Of a DNA stretch of 64,000 nucleotides, positions 18,960-28,092 are shown piece by piece. The stretch's first letter is position 1. Each line of letters opens with the position of its first letter. The stretch is taken from NCBI GenBank assembly GCA_023411175.1, contig JAEYPB010000043.1, positions 19,324 to 83,323 on the forward strand, in the 5' to 3' direction. Under the pieces are notes generated by a model. It was given only the letters and a program-made list of their open reading frames with translations. It was not told where the DNA came from and did no database searches. Position numbers and translations under genes: made by a program. The DNA comes from Bacillota bacterium (GTDB lineage: Bacteria; Bacillota; Clostridia; Christensenellales; Aristaeellaceae).

Positions 18960-20188
18960 ACGCGCACCTCTTCCCGAAAGCGTTTGACGACCTCCCCCGC
19001 AGTCTGCGATGGGCATCGCTCGAGGGTCAGGCCGATGTCCCGCGCCGCCGCGTAGAGCGGCGCCCGCGCGGCGTGCATCCTTTCCAGCGCGGGAAGCCCT
19101 GTCGAAAGCGGACGCCCGCCCGTCGAAAGCTCCGAAAGCGGCCGCTCGAGTTGTACCACAAAGCAGTTCGCCCGGAGCAGCGCCCGGTTCTCCGCGCGGA
19201 GCACCGCGCCGCCGCCGGTGGCGATCACCGCGCCCCGGGCCAGCGCCGCCTCCCGGATGGCCGCGGCCTCCAATTCGCGAAAGCGCGCCTCGCCCTCCCG
19301 GGCAAAGATCCCCGGGATCGGCCCGTGCACCGCTTCGATCATCTGGTCCGTGTCAAAAACCTGCCGTCCGAGGAGGCGCGCCACCTCCCGGGCGACCGTG
19401 GACTTTCCGGACCCCGGCATGCCGACGAGGGCGATGGAGCGGGTCTCCCGGGCCAACCACGAAAGCGTGTCCGAAACCCGTTCTTCCGGAACCGGCGCAC
19501 CGAGAAAGCGCCAGGCGCTCGCCGCCGCCTGATGCACCAGCATCGAAAGCCCGCCCACCGCCGTCAGGCCCTTCTCCGCCGCCCGCTGCATCAAAAGCGT
19601 CCGAGCGGGGTTATAGATCACATCCGCGACGCCCTGAAGTCCCTCGATGCGCCCCGGCTCCACCGGCGCAGAGAGCATATCCGGGTACATACCCACGGGC
19701 GTGGCGTTCAAAACGAAATCTGCCCGCAATCTGTAGACCCCTTCGTAGTCGACTTCTCCGTCCCTCGACACCGGGACGGCCTTCGCGCCGAGGTCGTTCA
19801 GCACACAGGCGGCGGTCCTTCCGGTGCCGCCGGTGGCGCCCAGGACGAGCGCGGTCTTCCCGGCGAGGTCAAACCCCTCCAGCATCCTCGTCATGCCGTA
19901 ATGGTCGGTGTTGTGGCCGGTGAGCGCGCCGTCTTTATCAAAATAGAGGGTGTTCACCGCACTGATGCGCTTTGCTTCCTGCGTCAGGCGGTCGCAAAAC
20001 GGGATCACCGCCTGCTTGAAGGGGATGGTCACATTGAGCCCGTCAAAGCCGTGGCCGCGGATAAAGGACTCAAGTTCGCCCGGCGCAAGCTCGATGAGGC
20101 GGTATTCGCAATCGTACAGCCGCTCGTGGATCAGCTTTGAATAGCTGTGGCCCAGCTTGCCGCCGAGAAGCCCGTAAACCTTCGCCAT
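18956..20188 (-). CDS. aroE-aroK: Bifunctional shikimate dehydrogenase / shikimate kinase (AroE-AroK fusion)
   Basis: N-terminal AroE motifs (GLNVTIPFK, NTD). C-terminal shikimate kinase P-loop IALVGMPGSGKSTVAREVA. Confidence 0.85.
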   Translation of the reverse strand: MAKVYGLLGGKLGHSYSKLIHERLYDCEYRLIELAPGELESFIRGHGFDGLNVTIPFKQAVIPFCDRLTQEAKRISAVNTLYFDKDGALTGHNTDHYGMTRMLEGFDLAGKTALVLGATGGTGRTAACVLNDLGAKAVPVSRDGEVDYEGVYRLRADFVLNATPVGMYPDMLSAPVEPGRIEGLQGVADVIYNPARTLLMQRAAEKGLTAVGGLSMLVHQAAASAWRFLGAPVPEERVSDTLSWLARETRSIALVGMPGSGKSTVAREVARLLGRQVFDTDQMIEAVHGPIPGIFAREGEARFRELEAAAIREAALARGAVIATGGGAVLRAENRALLRANCFVVQLERPLSELSTGGRPLSTGLPALERMHAARAPLYAAARDIGLTLERCPSQTAGEVVKRFREEVRV

Positions 20189-20189
20189 G

Positions 20190-21329
20190 TCACACCTCGC
20201 TGTAATTGCCCAGGAACGTGAGGCCGCCGGACTGGCTGAGCTCTGACAGGAGCAGCTTCACATCCCGGTCAACCACCGAGCCCTCGAAGTCGAAGTAGAA
20301 CATGAACTCGAAGTCCCTGCCGGGGATGGGGCGGCTCTCCAGCTTCAGAAGGTTCAGCCCCTCCACCGCGAAGCGCGCCACCGTGCGGTAGAGCGAGCCC
20401 GGCGTATGGGGCAGCGATGCCATGATGCTGATGCGGTTGGCGCCCGGGTACACCTCCATCTCGCGGGAGATGCAGATGAAGCGGGTGTAGTTGCTGCCGT
20501 CGTCCATGATGCGCTCTTCAAGCGGCGTAAGGCTGTAGAGCTCGGCGTTTCGCGCCGAGGCGATGGCCGCGACGTCCCTGCGCCCGGATTCAGACACGTA
20601 CCGCGCGGCGGTGGCGTTGTTGGCGTAGGGCGTCAGCTTCACATCCTTGAGCCCAGAGAGGAAGCGACCGCACTGCCGGAGCGCCTGCTCGTGGGCGACG
20701 ACCTCTTTGATTTCGGAGAGCTTCACGCCCGGCGCCACCAGAAGGCGGTGCTCGATGCGCAGCTTCACGGACCGCGCAATGAAGAATTTATGCGCCTTCA
20801 TCAGGTCATATACATCGGTGACAGAGCCTGCGAGGCTGTTTTCCAGCGGCAGCACGCCGTAGCGGCACATGCCCTTCTCCACCGCCTGGAACACGCCTTC
20901 GAAGCCCGAGAAGTAGAGGATGCCGGGCATGTTGAACATCACGTCGCAGGCCTGCTGCGAGTAGGCGCCCTCCGCGCCCTGACAGGCCACCAGCGCGTTC
21001 TTGGGAAAGAGCTTGGGCGTAGCGGCCACCGCCGCGTCGAGGGCGTCGGCAAAGGATTCCGCTTCCGGCCTCATCAGCTTTGACTGGGCGCTTCTGCTGA
21101 GGTCAAAGAGCAGCGCGTAGATCAGCTTCAGGTCGGGCTCGTAGATCGGGTCATGGGCGGCGGTCAACCGCTGCAGGATGGCGCGCTCCCGGCCGGGGTC
21201 GGAGATCGCGATGCCGCCGGCCCGCTTGGCCTCCACGATGTCCCGCACGGTCTGCATCCTCTTGACGTACAAATCCGCCATCTGGTCGTCGATCTGGTCA
21301 ATCCGGGCGCGGAGTTCGTTCATATCCAT
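20190..21329 (-). CDS. pheA: Chorismate mutase / prephenate dehydratase (P-protein)
   Basis: N-terminal chorismate mutase helix (LRARIDQIDDQMADLYVKRM), PDT domain and a C-terminal ACT domain (ESRPIPGRDFEFMFYFDFEG). Confidence 0.85.
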   Translation of the reverse strand: MDMNELRARIDQIDDQMADLYVKRMQTVRDIVEAKRAGGIAISDPGRERAILQRLTAAHDPIYEPDLKLIYALLFDLSRSAQSKLMRPEAESFADALDAAVAATPKLFPKNALVACQGAEGAYSQQACDVMFNMPGILYFSGFEGVFQAVEKGMCRYGVLPLENSLAGSVTDVYDLMKAHKFFIARSVKLRIEHRLLVAPGVKLSEIKEVVAHEQALRQCGRFLSGLKDVKLTPYANNATAARYVSESGRRDVAAIASARNAELYSLTPLEERIMDDGSNYTRFICISREMEVYPGANRISIMASLPHTPGSLYRTVARFAVEGLNLLKLESRPIPGRDFEFMFYFDFEGSVVDRDVKLLLSELSQSGGLTFLGNYSEV

Positions 21330-21363
21330 TTGAGATTACCTCCCTTATATACATATACGGTGA

Positions 21364-22434
21364 TTAGATCTTTTGTCCGGAACGGATCATGTAAAGATCG
21401 ATGAGTGCCAGCGCCGCCATCGCCTCCACGACGGGCACGGCTCTCGGCACCACGCAGGGGTCGTGCCGCCCGCCCACGGAGAGGGTTTCCTCGCGCATCT
21501 CGGCCAGGTTCACGGTGCGCTGGGGCTTTGCGATGGACGAGGTGGGCTTGAAGGCCACCCGGAACACCACGGGCATGCCGGTGGTGATGCCGCCCAAGAC
21601 GCCCGCGTGCCGGTTCGAGCCTGTCAGAATCCGTCCGTTTTCGACGACAAAGGCGTCGTTGTGGGTGCTGCCGCGCATCCGGGCGGCGGCGAAGCCCGCG
21701 CCGAACTCCACGCCGCGAACCGCGGGGATTGAAAACATCAGCCGCGCAAGCGTGCTCTCGACGCTGTCCATCATCGGCTCGCCGAGGCCCGCCGGCAGGC
21801 CCTCCGCCACGCATTCGACGACGCCACCCACCGAGTCGCCGTCGAGGCGCGCCCGTTCGACGGCCTCGCGCATCATGACGCCCGCGCGATCGTCGAAGAC
21901 CGGAAACTCCTTCGCTTCCACGGCGGCGAGGTCGCCCTCGAAGGCATCCAGAATGCCGCCGATTTCGTAGATGCGCGCGCGGACAACGATGCCGCGCCGC
22001 TCCAGAATCTGCTTTGCCACGGCCCCCGCGAAGCAGATGGGCGCGGTGAGCCGCCCGGAGAAGTGCCCGCCGCCGCGAAGGTCCACGCTATCGCCGTACT
22101 TGACGCGGGCGGTGAAGTCCGCGTGTCCGGGGCGCGGCAGGTTTTTCAGCGCGTCGTAGTCGCCCGAGCGCTGGTCGGTGTTCTCAATCAAGGCCATGAG
22201 CGGCGCGCCGCAGGTCTTGCCGTCCACAAAGCCGGAGAGCACCTTCGGCTCGTCCGGCTCGCGCCGCTTGGTGGCATGCGCGGCGTTTCCCGGCGCGCGG
22301 CGGCGCATGAAGGCGTGCACGCGCTCCATGTCAATGGCTTCACCCGACGGCAACCCGTCCACCACCGCGCCGATGGCCTCGCTGTGCGACTGGCCGAATA
22401 CGCTGACCTTAACGATCGTCCCAAAGCTGGATGA
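21364..22434 (-). CDS. aroC: Chorismate synthase
   Basis: GTIVKVSVFGQSHSEAIGAVVDGLPSG and other AroC motifs. Start set at MSSSFG. Confidence 0.9.
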   Translation of the reverse strand, partial: SSSFGTIVKVSVFGQSHSEAIGAVVDGLPSGEAIDMERVHAFMRRRAPGNAAHATKRREPDEPKVLSGFVDGKTCGAPLMALIENTDQRSGDYDALKNLPRPGHADFTARVKYGDSVDLRGGGHFSGRLTAPICFAGAVAKQILERRGIVVRARIYEIGGILDAFEGDLAAVEAKEFPVFDDRAGVMMREAVERARLDGDSVGGVVECVAEGLPAGLGEPMMDSVESTLARLMFSIPAVRGVEFGAGFAAARMRGSTHNDAFVVENGRILTGSNRHAGVLGGITTGMPVVFRVAFKPTSSIAKPQRTVNLAEMREETLSVGGRHDPCVVPRAVPVVEAMAALALIDLYMIRSGQKI

Positions 22435-23611
22435 CATCCGAATCTCCCCCCAGTCTATTGAAATCTTCAAAGAACGTTGGATAGGATTTATTCACCGCTT
22501 CCGCCCCCAGAATCGTCACCGGGCCACGGCAGCGGGTACCCGCGATGGCGAAAGCCATCGCGATCCGGTGGTCGCCCGCCGCGTCTACGGTGCCGCCCTC
22601 GGGCATCCGCGCGCAGCGCACGATGAGTCCGTCCGCCAATTCGTCGCAATCGCCGCCGATGGCGCGAATGCCCTCCGCCATCGCGCGGAGCCTGTCGCTC
22701 TCCTTGATGCGCAGCCGCGCCGCGCCGGAAAACCGCGTCTCTCCCGGCGTCAAGGCCGCCACCGCCGCGAGAATGGGCAGAAGGTCCGGCGTCTCCCGCA
22801 CGTCCAACTCGCGGCGCTCCGCGTTAAGCGCCGCCAGCATGGCGCGGATCGCCCGGTCAGGCTGGGCGGAGTCCTCATCGAGGCCGTCCACCTGCGCCCC
22901 CGCCGCGAGAAAAAACGCGGCGTTCGACCAGTCGCCCTCTACGGCCAGTGCGCCCGGCGATCGGTAGCGCGCGGCGGGCACCGTCCAGCCGTCCACGTTT
23001 TCCAGGACGCGTACGCCAAAGCGCGCCATGGCGGAGACCGTCATGCGTACATAGCCCGCGGATTCAAGGGGCGTGGTCAAATGGATGCGGCCGCCGCCAA
23101 CCAGCGGCAGCGCCATCAAAAGGCCTGTGATGAATTGGGAGCTGACGTCCCCCGGCAGGCGGAAGTCGCCACCGGTCAGCCGCCCGGAGAGTGTGAAGGG
23201 CAGTTTTTCCCCGTCGAATGCGCAGCCGTGTGCGGCGAGAGCCTCTACGAGGGGGCCCAGCGGCCGCTCCGGCAGCCTGCCCCGGCCCGCAAAGCGGGTA
23301 GGCACGCCCAAGGCGGCGGCGAGGGGAATCAAGAATCTCAGCGTGGAGCCGCTCTCGCGGCAGTCCGCCGCGCCGCAGGGCGGGAATGCGCCCGGCTTTA
23401 TGAGAAAGCCTCCGGGTACGGTTTCGTGGGATGCGCCCAGCGCGGGAAGACAGGAAAGGGTCGCGTCGATGTCGTCGGAGTGCGCCTCCGGGGAAATATG
23501 GGTGGGGCCGTCCGACAGCGCCGAGAGCATCAGCGCCCGGTGCGCCGCGGACTTTGAGACGATGGCCTCCACGCGCCCGGAGAGCGCGCCGGGTCGCACC
23601 CGGGCGATCAT
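22409..23611 (-). CDS. aroA: 3-phosphoshikimate 1-carboxyvinyltransferase (EPSP synthase)
   Basis: 400 aa with the EPSP synthase fold signature (KSAAHRALMLSAL..., LRIKESDR). Confidence 0.9.
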   Translation of the reverse strand: MIARVRPGALSGRVEAIVSKSAAHRALMLSALSDGPTHISPEAHSDDIDATLSCLPALGASHETVPGGFLIKPGAFPPCGAADCRESGSTLRFLIPLAAALGVPTRFAGRGRLPERPLGPLVEALAAHGCAFDGEKLPFTLSGRLTGGDFRLPGDVSSQFITGLLMALPLVGGGRIHLTTPLESAGYVRMTVSAMARFGVRVLENVDGWTVPAARYRSPGALAVEGDWSNAAFFLAAGAQVDGLDEDSAQPDRAIRAMLAALNAERRELDVRETPDLLPILAAVAALTPGETRFSGAARLRIKESDRLRAMAEGIRAIGGDCDELADGLIVRCARMPEGGTVDAAGDHRIAMAFAIAGTRCRGPVTILGAEAVNKSYPTFFEDFNRLGGDSDVIQLWDDR

Positions 23612-24663
23612 GCGCCCTCCAGCGCGCGGGCGAGAAAGCCGCCCAGCGCGTCCACATCGATTTCATAAAGCGCCGAGTGGCCGACGCGCTTTGGCAGCGC
23701 CAGCGCGATGCGCCCGGAGCGCACCTTTTTATCCCGGAGCATCGCCTCGAGCAGCGCCTCCGCCGGGTAGGGGCAATCCGTCGGCAGGCCGTTTTTGACC
23801 AGCGCGCGCCGGATGGGCTCGGCGCAGTCTTCCTCCGAAAAACCAGCGGCCATCGCGCCCCGCGCCTCGGCCAGCATGCCGATCGCCACCGCGCGGCCGT
23901 GGGAGATTTCGTAGCCGCTGGAGCGCTCGACGGCGTGGCCGATGGTGTGGCCGAGGTTCAAAAGCTGCCGCGCACCGGTGTCGCGCTCGTCGCGCTCCAC
24001 CAGGTCCCGCTTCATCGAGACGCATCGGGCGATGATCGCTTCCGCCCCGGCGAGATCGAAGCCTTGCGCCAGGGCGTCGAAGAGCGCCTTGTCCGAGATC
24101 ACGCCACACTTGATCGCCTCGCTGACGCCGTCCGCCAACACATCCCGGGGGAGTGTCATAAGGGCCTCCGGGTCAATCAGCACAAAAGCCGGCTGATGGA
24201 ACGCGCCCGCGAGGTTCTTCCCCGCCGCGAGGTTCACCGCGGTCTTGCCGCCCACGGAGGCGTCCACCATCGCGAGCAGCGTGGTCGGCACCTGCACAAA
24301 GGGGATGCCCCGAAGGTAGACCGCCGCCGCGAAGCCGGTCAAATCGCCGGTCACGCCGCCGCCGAGGGCGACCAGCATGTCGCCGCGGCTGAGCTTCCGC
24401 TCCGCGAGGAATTCCAGAAGCTCAAACAGCGTCCGGCCGCTCTTTGCCGCTTCGCCGCCAGGGAAGGTCCAGCGCTCGACGCGCACGCCCGCCGCCCGGA
24501 GGCTCTCCGCGACCAGGTCGCCATAGAGCGCGTCCACGGCATCCTCCGCGACCAGCGCCGCGGCTCTGGGCAGACTGGGCATCAGCGCCCCGAGCCGTGC
24601 CATCGATCCGGACTCGACGCGAACCGTGTATTCGCCGGACGCGCGCACCTTGATCTCCGTCAT
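23608..24663 (-). CDS. aroB: 3-dehydroquinate synthase
   Basis: GGGVTGDLTGFAAAVYLRGIPFVQVPTTLLAMVDASVGGKT. Start set at MTEIKV, overlapping the tyrA stop. Confidence 0.85.
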   Translation of the reverse strand: MTEIKVRASGEYTVRVESGSMARLGALMPSLPRAAALVAEDAVDALYGDLVAESLRAAGVRVERWTFPGGEAAKSGRTLFELLEFLAERKLSRGDMLVALGGGVTGDLTGFAAAVYLRGIPFVQVPTTLLAMVDASVGGKTAVNLAAGKNLAGAFHQPAFVLIDPEALMTLPRDVLADGVSEAIKCGVISDKALFDALAQGFDLAGAEAIIARCVSMKRDLVERDERDTGARQLLNLGHTIGHAVERSSGYEISHGRAVAIGMLAEARGAMAAGFSEEDCAEPIRRALVKNGLPTDCPYPAEALLEAMLRDKKVRSGRIALALPKRVGHSALYEIDVDALGGFLARALEGA

Positions 24664-25508
24664 GCCTTTCCCTCCCCCTCGATGAGCTGAAGCTTGCGCC
24701 GGTTGCCCTCGTCCAGAAGCGCGCGCAGCCGCGCCAGATCCCGCCCGTCCACCGCCCGCCTGATCTCCGTGAGCCTTGCGATCAACCCGCCCAACTCGTC
24801 GCTCAATGCGTCGCGGTTCAGGTCGAACAGCTCCGCCCACATGTCGGCGTCGAGACGCGCCACCCGCGTCATATCCCGGAAGCTGCCCGCGGAAAAGCCC
24901 TGATGGCCGGGTGCGGCAGGGCTCATCACATAGGCCGACGACGCCGCGTGGGCAAGCTGCGACGTGTAGGCGATCATGCGGTCATGCGCCTCCGGCGTCG
25001 TGACCACGGTGCGGCCAAAGCCCATGGCCCTTGCGATGTCCGAGAGCGCCTCCGTCGCGCCGCAGGGGCGTCCGTCCGAAGGCGTCATGATCAGCGAAGC
25101 GCCCCGGAACAGCCCGGCATCGGCATTCGCGTACCCGCCGACCTCGCGCCCGGCCATCGGATGCGCGCCGACGTAGCGCACGCCCCGGTCGCGGGCGACG
25201 GGCTCGACCTCCCGCACCACGTAGCGCTTGACGCCGCAGAAATCCGCCGCCAGCGCGCCCGGCTTCATTCTGGGGAGCGCGCGCTTCAAAAACGCCACCG
25301 CGTCCTGGGGCCTGAGCGCCACGATGACCAGGTCGGCCTCCGGAAGGTCTTCCGGCAGGAAGGCCGCGCGGATCGCACCGTCCGAGAGCGCCCGGCGGAC
25401 GACGCCGAGGTCCTTGTCGCAGCCGATGACCTCCATATCGGTGTTTGCGGCCAGCGCCTTCGCCACCGAGCCGCCGATCAGCCCCAGCCCGACGACAATT
25501 GCTTTCAT
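24660..25508 (-). CDS. tyrA: Prephenate dehydrogenase
   Basis: Rossmann N-terminus MKAIVVGLGLIGGSVAKAL. PDH domain. Confidence 0.85.
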   Translation of the reverse strand: MKAIVVGLGLIGGSVAKALAANTDMEVIGCDKDLGVVRRALSDGAIRAAFLPEDLPEADLVIVALRPQDAVAFLKRALPRMKPGALAADFCGVKRYVVREVEPVARDRGVRYVGAHPMAGREVGGYANADAGLFRGASLIMTPSDGRPCGATEALSDIARAMGFGRTVVTTPEAHDRMIAYTSQLAHAASSAYVMSPAAPGHQGFSAGSFRDMTRVARLDADMWAELFDLNRDALSDELGGLIARLTEIRRAVDGRDLARLRALLDEGNRRKLQLIEGEGKA

Positions 25509-26518
25509 GCGTCCACCCCGACCGCCGCGGCGCGCACCGTCATGATCTTGGGCACGAGTCTGTCGAAGGCTTCCGGCGTCAGCGACTGGGGGCCGTCGGA
25601 CATCGCGTGCTCCGGGTCGTTGTGCACCTCGATCATCAGCCCATCCGCGCCGCAGGCGACGCTCGCCATGGCCAGCGGTTCCACGAAGCGGGAAATGCCG
25701 GTTGCGTGGCTGGGATCGACGACGATGGGCAGATGGGTCAGGTGTTTCAGGACCGGCACCGCCGAGATGTCGAGCGTGTTCCTTGTGGCGGTTTCAAAGG
25801 TGCGGATACCCCGCTCGCACAGGATCACCTGCTCGTTCCCGCCCGCCATGATGTACTCGGCGCTCATTAAGAGCTCCTGAAGCGTGCTCGCAAGGCCGCG
25901 CTTTAAGAGGATCGGCTTTCGAAGCAGGCCCAATTCCTTCAAAAGCTCGAAGTTCTGCATGTTGCGCGCGCCCACCTGAATCACATCCACATCCTTGAAG
26001 AGCGGGATGTGGGCGGCGTCCATGAGTTCCGTCACGATGGGAAGGCCGGTGGCCGCCTTGGCCTCCAGAAGAAGGTCGATGCCCTCCTTGTGCAGCCCCT
26101 GGAACGCGTAGGGCGAAGTGCGCGGTTTGAACGCGCCGCCCCGGAGGAGCCCCGCGCCGGCATCCCGGACGCGCTTTGCCACTTCCACAATCTGCGCCTT
26201 GTTCTCCACCGAGCAAGGGCCCGCGATGATTTGGAAATGGCCGCCGCCGATCTTGACGCCGCCGATGTCCACGACGGTGTCCGCCGGATGGAATTTCCGG
26301 TTGGCGCTCTTGTAGGGCTCCTGAATCCTGCGCACGTCTTCAACAATTTCCAGCGCGCGGATCAGGTCCATGTCCACCCGGGTGGTGTCGCCCACCAGGC
26401 CCACGATCGTCTGCTGTTTGCCCTCGGAAAGATGCGTCTCCAGCCCCATGCCGTGAAGCCAGTTCAGAAAGTTGTTCATCTGTGCCTTATCGGTTTTTCC
26501 CTTCAGGATGACGACCAT
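25505..26518 (-). CDS. aroF: 3-deoxy-7-phosphoheptulonate (DAHP) synthase, class I-beta with an N-terminal ferredoxin-like regulatory domain
   Basis: KDO8P/DAHPS TIM-barrel motifs (LLRGGAFKPRTSPY, GLPIVTE). RBS AAAGGAGGGG. Confidence 0.9.
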   Translation of the reverse strand: MVVILKGKTDKAQMNNFLNWLHGMGLETHLSEGKQQTIVGLVGDTTRVDMDLIRALEIVEDVRRIQEPYKSANRKFHPADTVVDIGGVKIGGGHFQIIAGPCSVENKAQIVEVAKRVRDAGAGLLRGGAFKPRTSPYAFQGLHKEGIDLLLEAKAATGLPIVTELMDAAHIPLFKDVDVIQVGARNMQNFELLKELGLLRKPILLKRGLASTLQELLMSAEYIMAGGNEQVILCERGIRTFETATRNTLDISAVPVLKHLTHLPIVVDPSHATGISRFVEPLAMASVACGADGLMIEVHNDPEHAMSDGPQSLTPEAFDRLVPKIMTVRAAAVGVDA

Positions 26519-26546
26519 CGTATTCCCCTCCTTTTGAAATAAAAGA

Positions 26547-26570
26547 GCCCCGCAGCGCTGGCTGCGGGGC
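26547..26570 (-). terminator. Attenuator terminator of the aro operon leader: a perfect 10-bp GC stem with a 4-nt loop, followed by a U-run on the transcribed strand and then immediately by the aroF RBS
   Basis: GCCCCGCAGC-CAGC-GCTGCGGGGC, then UCUUUUAUUU (minus-strand sense). Confidence 0.6.
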
Positions 26571-26590
26571 CTCGTTGAACCGGTCTAGCG

Positions 26591-26659
26591 GTTCATGCAG
26601 TCATGCGCAAAAGACCTTGCCGGTAAAGCCGGCAAAGTAATACGCGTAAAACCGCACGA
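26591..26659 (-). CDS. Aro operon leader peptide, 22 aa: MQQFVRFYAYYFAGFTGKVFCA (5 Phe and 3 Tyr)
   Basis: Reverse-complement reading gives RBS GGAGG 8 nt upstream of the ATG. The ORF ends 20 nt before the terminator hairpin and lies downstream of a consensus promoter. Confidence 0.55.
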
Positions 26660-26688
26660 ACTGTTGCATACAGGGTACCTCCGTAATG

Positions 26689-26717
26689 GATTGGAATCAT
26701 TATAAACGCTCAAAATC
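26689..26717 (-). promoter_or_regulatory. Consensus sigma-A promoter (TTGACA, 17-bp spacer, TATAAT) driving the aro leader and operon
   Basis: The minus-strand sense reads TTGACAgcgggattttgagcgttTATAAT. Confidence 0.55.
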
Positions 26718-26763
26718 CCGCTGTCAACGCGAATTTGCGCTTTTTTCAAGGTGCGACATTATT

Positions 26764-27921
26764 TTACACCAGCCGGTCCAGCGTCAGGCCGTCTTCCGGG
26801 ATAAAGGCGCGCCAGTAGGCCACGCTCTCGCGGATGCGCTGAAGTACGGCGCGGTTGATGTCGGCGGTGCCGGTGAAGATCTCAAGCGTCAGGTAGAGAT
26901 CCGGGAGCAGCGGCGGCAGCCCTTCGGCGGGCGCGGCGTCGTAATGCGCCTTGATGGCGCGGAGCACCTTTTCCGGCTCGACGATGCCACGGGCATTGTT
27001 CTCCTTCGTAAACGCCCAGTGGGGGGACGAAGTGGCGTTCGCCTGCTGCAGGTGGATGATGGGCGAATAGCCCGCGAGCCGCTCGAGCCAGCGGTAGGGA
27101 TCGCCGTCCTCCGCGGGCGCGAACATGTGCGGGTATTCGTCCATCAGCGCGTTGATCTCATTGAGTGGCAGCGAGTCCGAATTTTCGAACAGCTTAACGG
27201 CCTTCTTCGGCCCAAGCCAAAGCTCCGGAACCGGGTCGCCCGCCTTGTACCGCGCGTGCATTTCAAGAATTCTTTCGTCGTCGGGGCGCGAGAATTTTCG
27301 CTGCCCGTTCATGTGGCCCACGTCCACCGTCAGGTAGAACGGCGCGCCGCCGATCAGGTACACCTCGCGCAAAAGCTTCTCCGAGCCCTCGACCGTCCAG
27401 GGAATCTGGTGGGGCGTGTACATCTGCTCCACGCCCAGAATGCCCAGCCCCTCCGCCGCCCCAAAGGCGGCGAGCTCCGCAAGATCCCGGTACAGCGTGT
27501 GCTCGGCCTCGGCGTACTTCTGGGGATCCTGCAGCACGGAATCGGTGAACGCGTGGCAGTAGAAGCCCAGCCCCGCCCCGACGGAAGCGGCGGTCTTCGC
27601 CATGGGCTTGAGCCATTTGTTCAAGAATCTGTCCCGGACGATGGGATGGGTGTGGCTGAGCCCCAGCGTGGCGTAGGTGCCGTGGCCGGAGTAGAGGTTC
27701 GCCACCACAATGCCGGTCGCGGCCATCGCCTTCTTCACCTCGCCCGACCACCAGGAGAGGTACTCCTGCCCCATGTACATCGGGTCACACTCATTGTCGG
27801 CGCTGGCCTCCACATAGGTGAGCCCCAGATCGCGGATGACCTCCGCCCACTCGGAAGGATGGGTATACCGCTTGGACGCAAAGCAGTTGTCGATCGCGAG
27901 GTAGATCTTCGGATAGCGCAT
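26764..27921 (-). CDS. Sugar phosphate isomerase/epimerase family protein (xylose isomerase-like TIM barrel)
   Basis: 386 aa. Weak family resemblance only. Start set at the ATG preceded by AAAGGA. Confidence 0.7.
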   Translation of the reverse strand: MRYPKIYLAIDNCFASKRYTHPSEWAEVIRDLGLTYVEASADNECDPMYMGQEYLSWWSGEVKKAMAATGIVVANLYSGHGTYATLGLSHTHPIVRDRFLNKWLKPMAKTAASVGAGLGFYCHAFTDSVLQDPQKYAEAEHTLYRDLAELAAFGAAEGLGILGVEQMYTPHQIPWTVEGSEKLLREVYLIGGAPFYLTVDVGHMNGQRKFSRPDDERILEMHARYKAGDPVPELWLGPKKAVKLFENSDSLPLNEINALMDEYPHMFAPAEDGDPYRWLERLAGYSPIIHLQQANATSSPHWAFTKENNARGIVEPEKVLRAIKAHYDAAPAEGLPPLLPDLYLTLEIFTGTADINRAVLQRIRESVAYWRAFIPEDGLTLDRLV

Positions 27922-28092
27922 GCGCTTCAATCCTTTCAACGGGTGTATGTTCCCGCCCCATCATACACTTGGGATGCTTTGGCTGTCAACCAGAAAAGGC
28001 GCAAACGCCTTGCATGGCGGGCCGGAGTCTGGTATCATGCGAGGGTGGGCGGCACGTCTTCGGAGCCGCACGGCATGTAAGGGGGCGAGCGC

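Noticed and set aside
22178-23557. 459-aa plus-strand ORF over aroA/aroC, and 419-aa ORF 23431..24690 over aroB
   Set aside because: Shadow frames opposite unambiguous shikimate-pathway enzymes.
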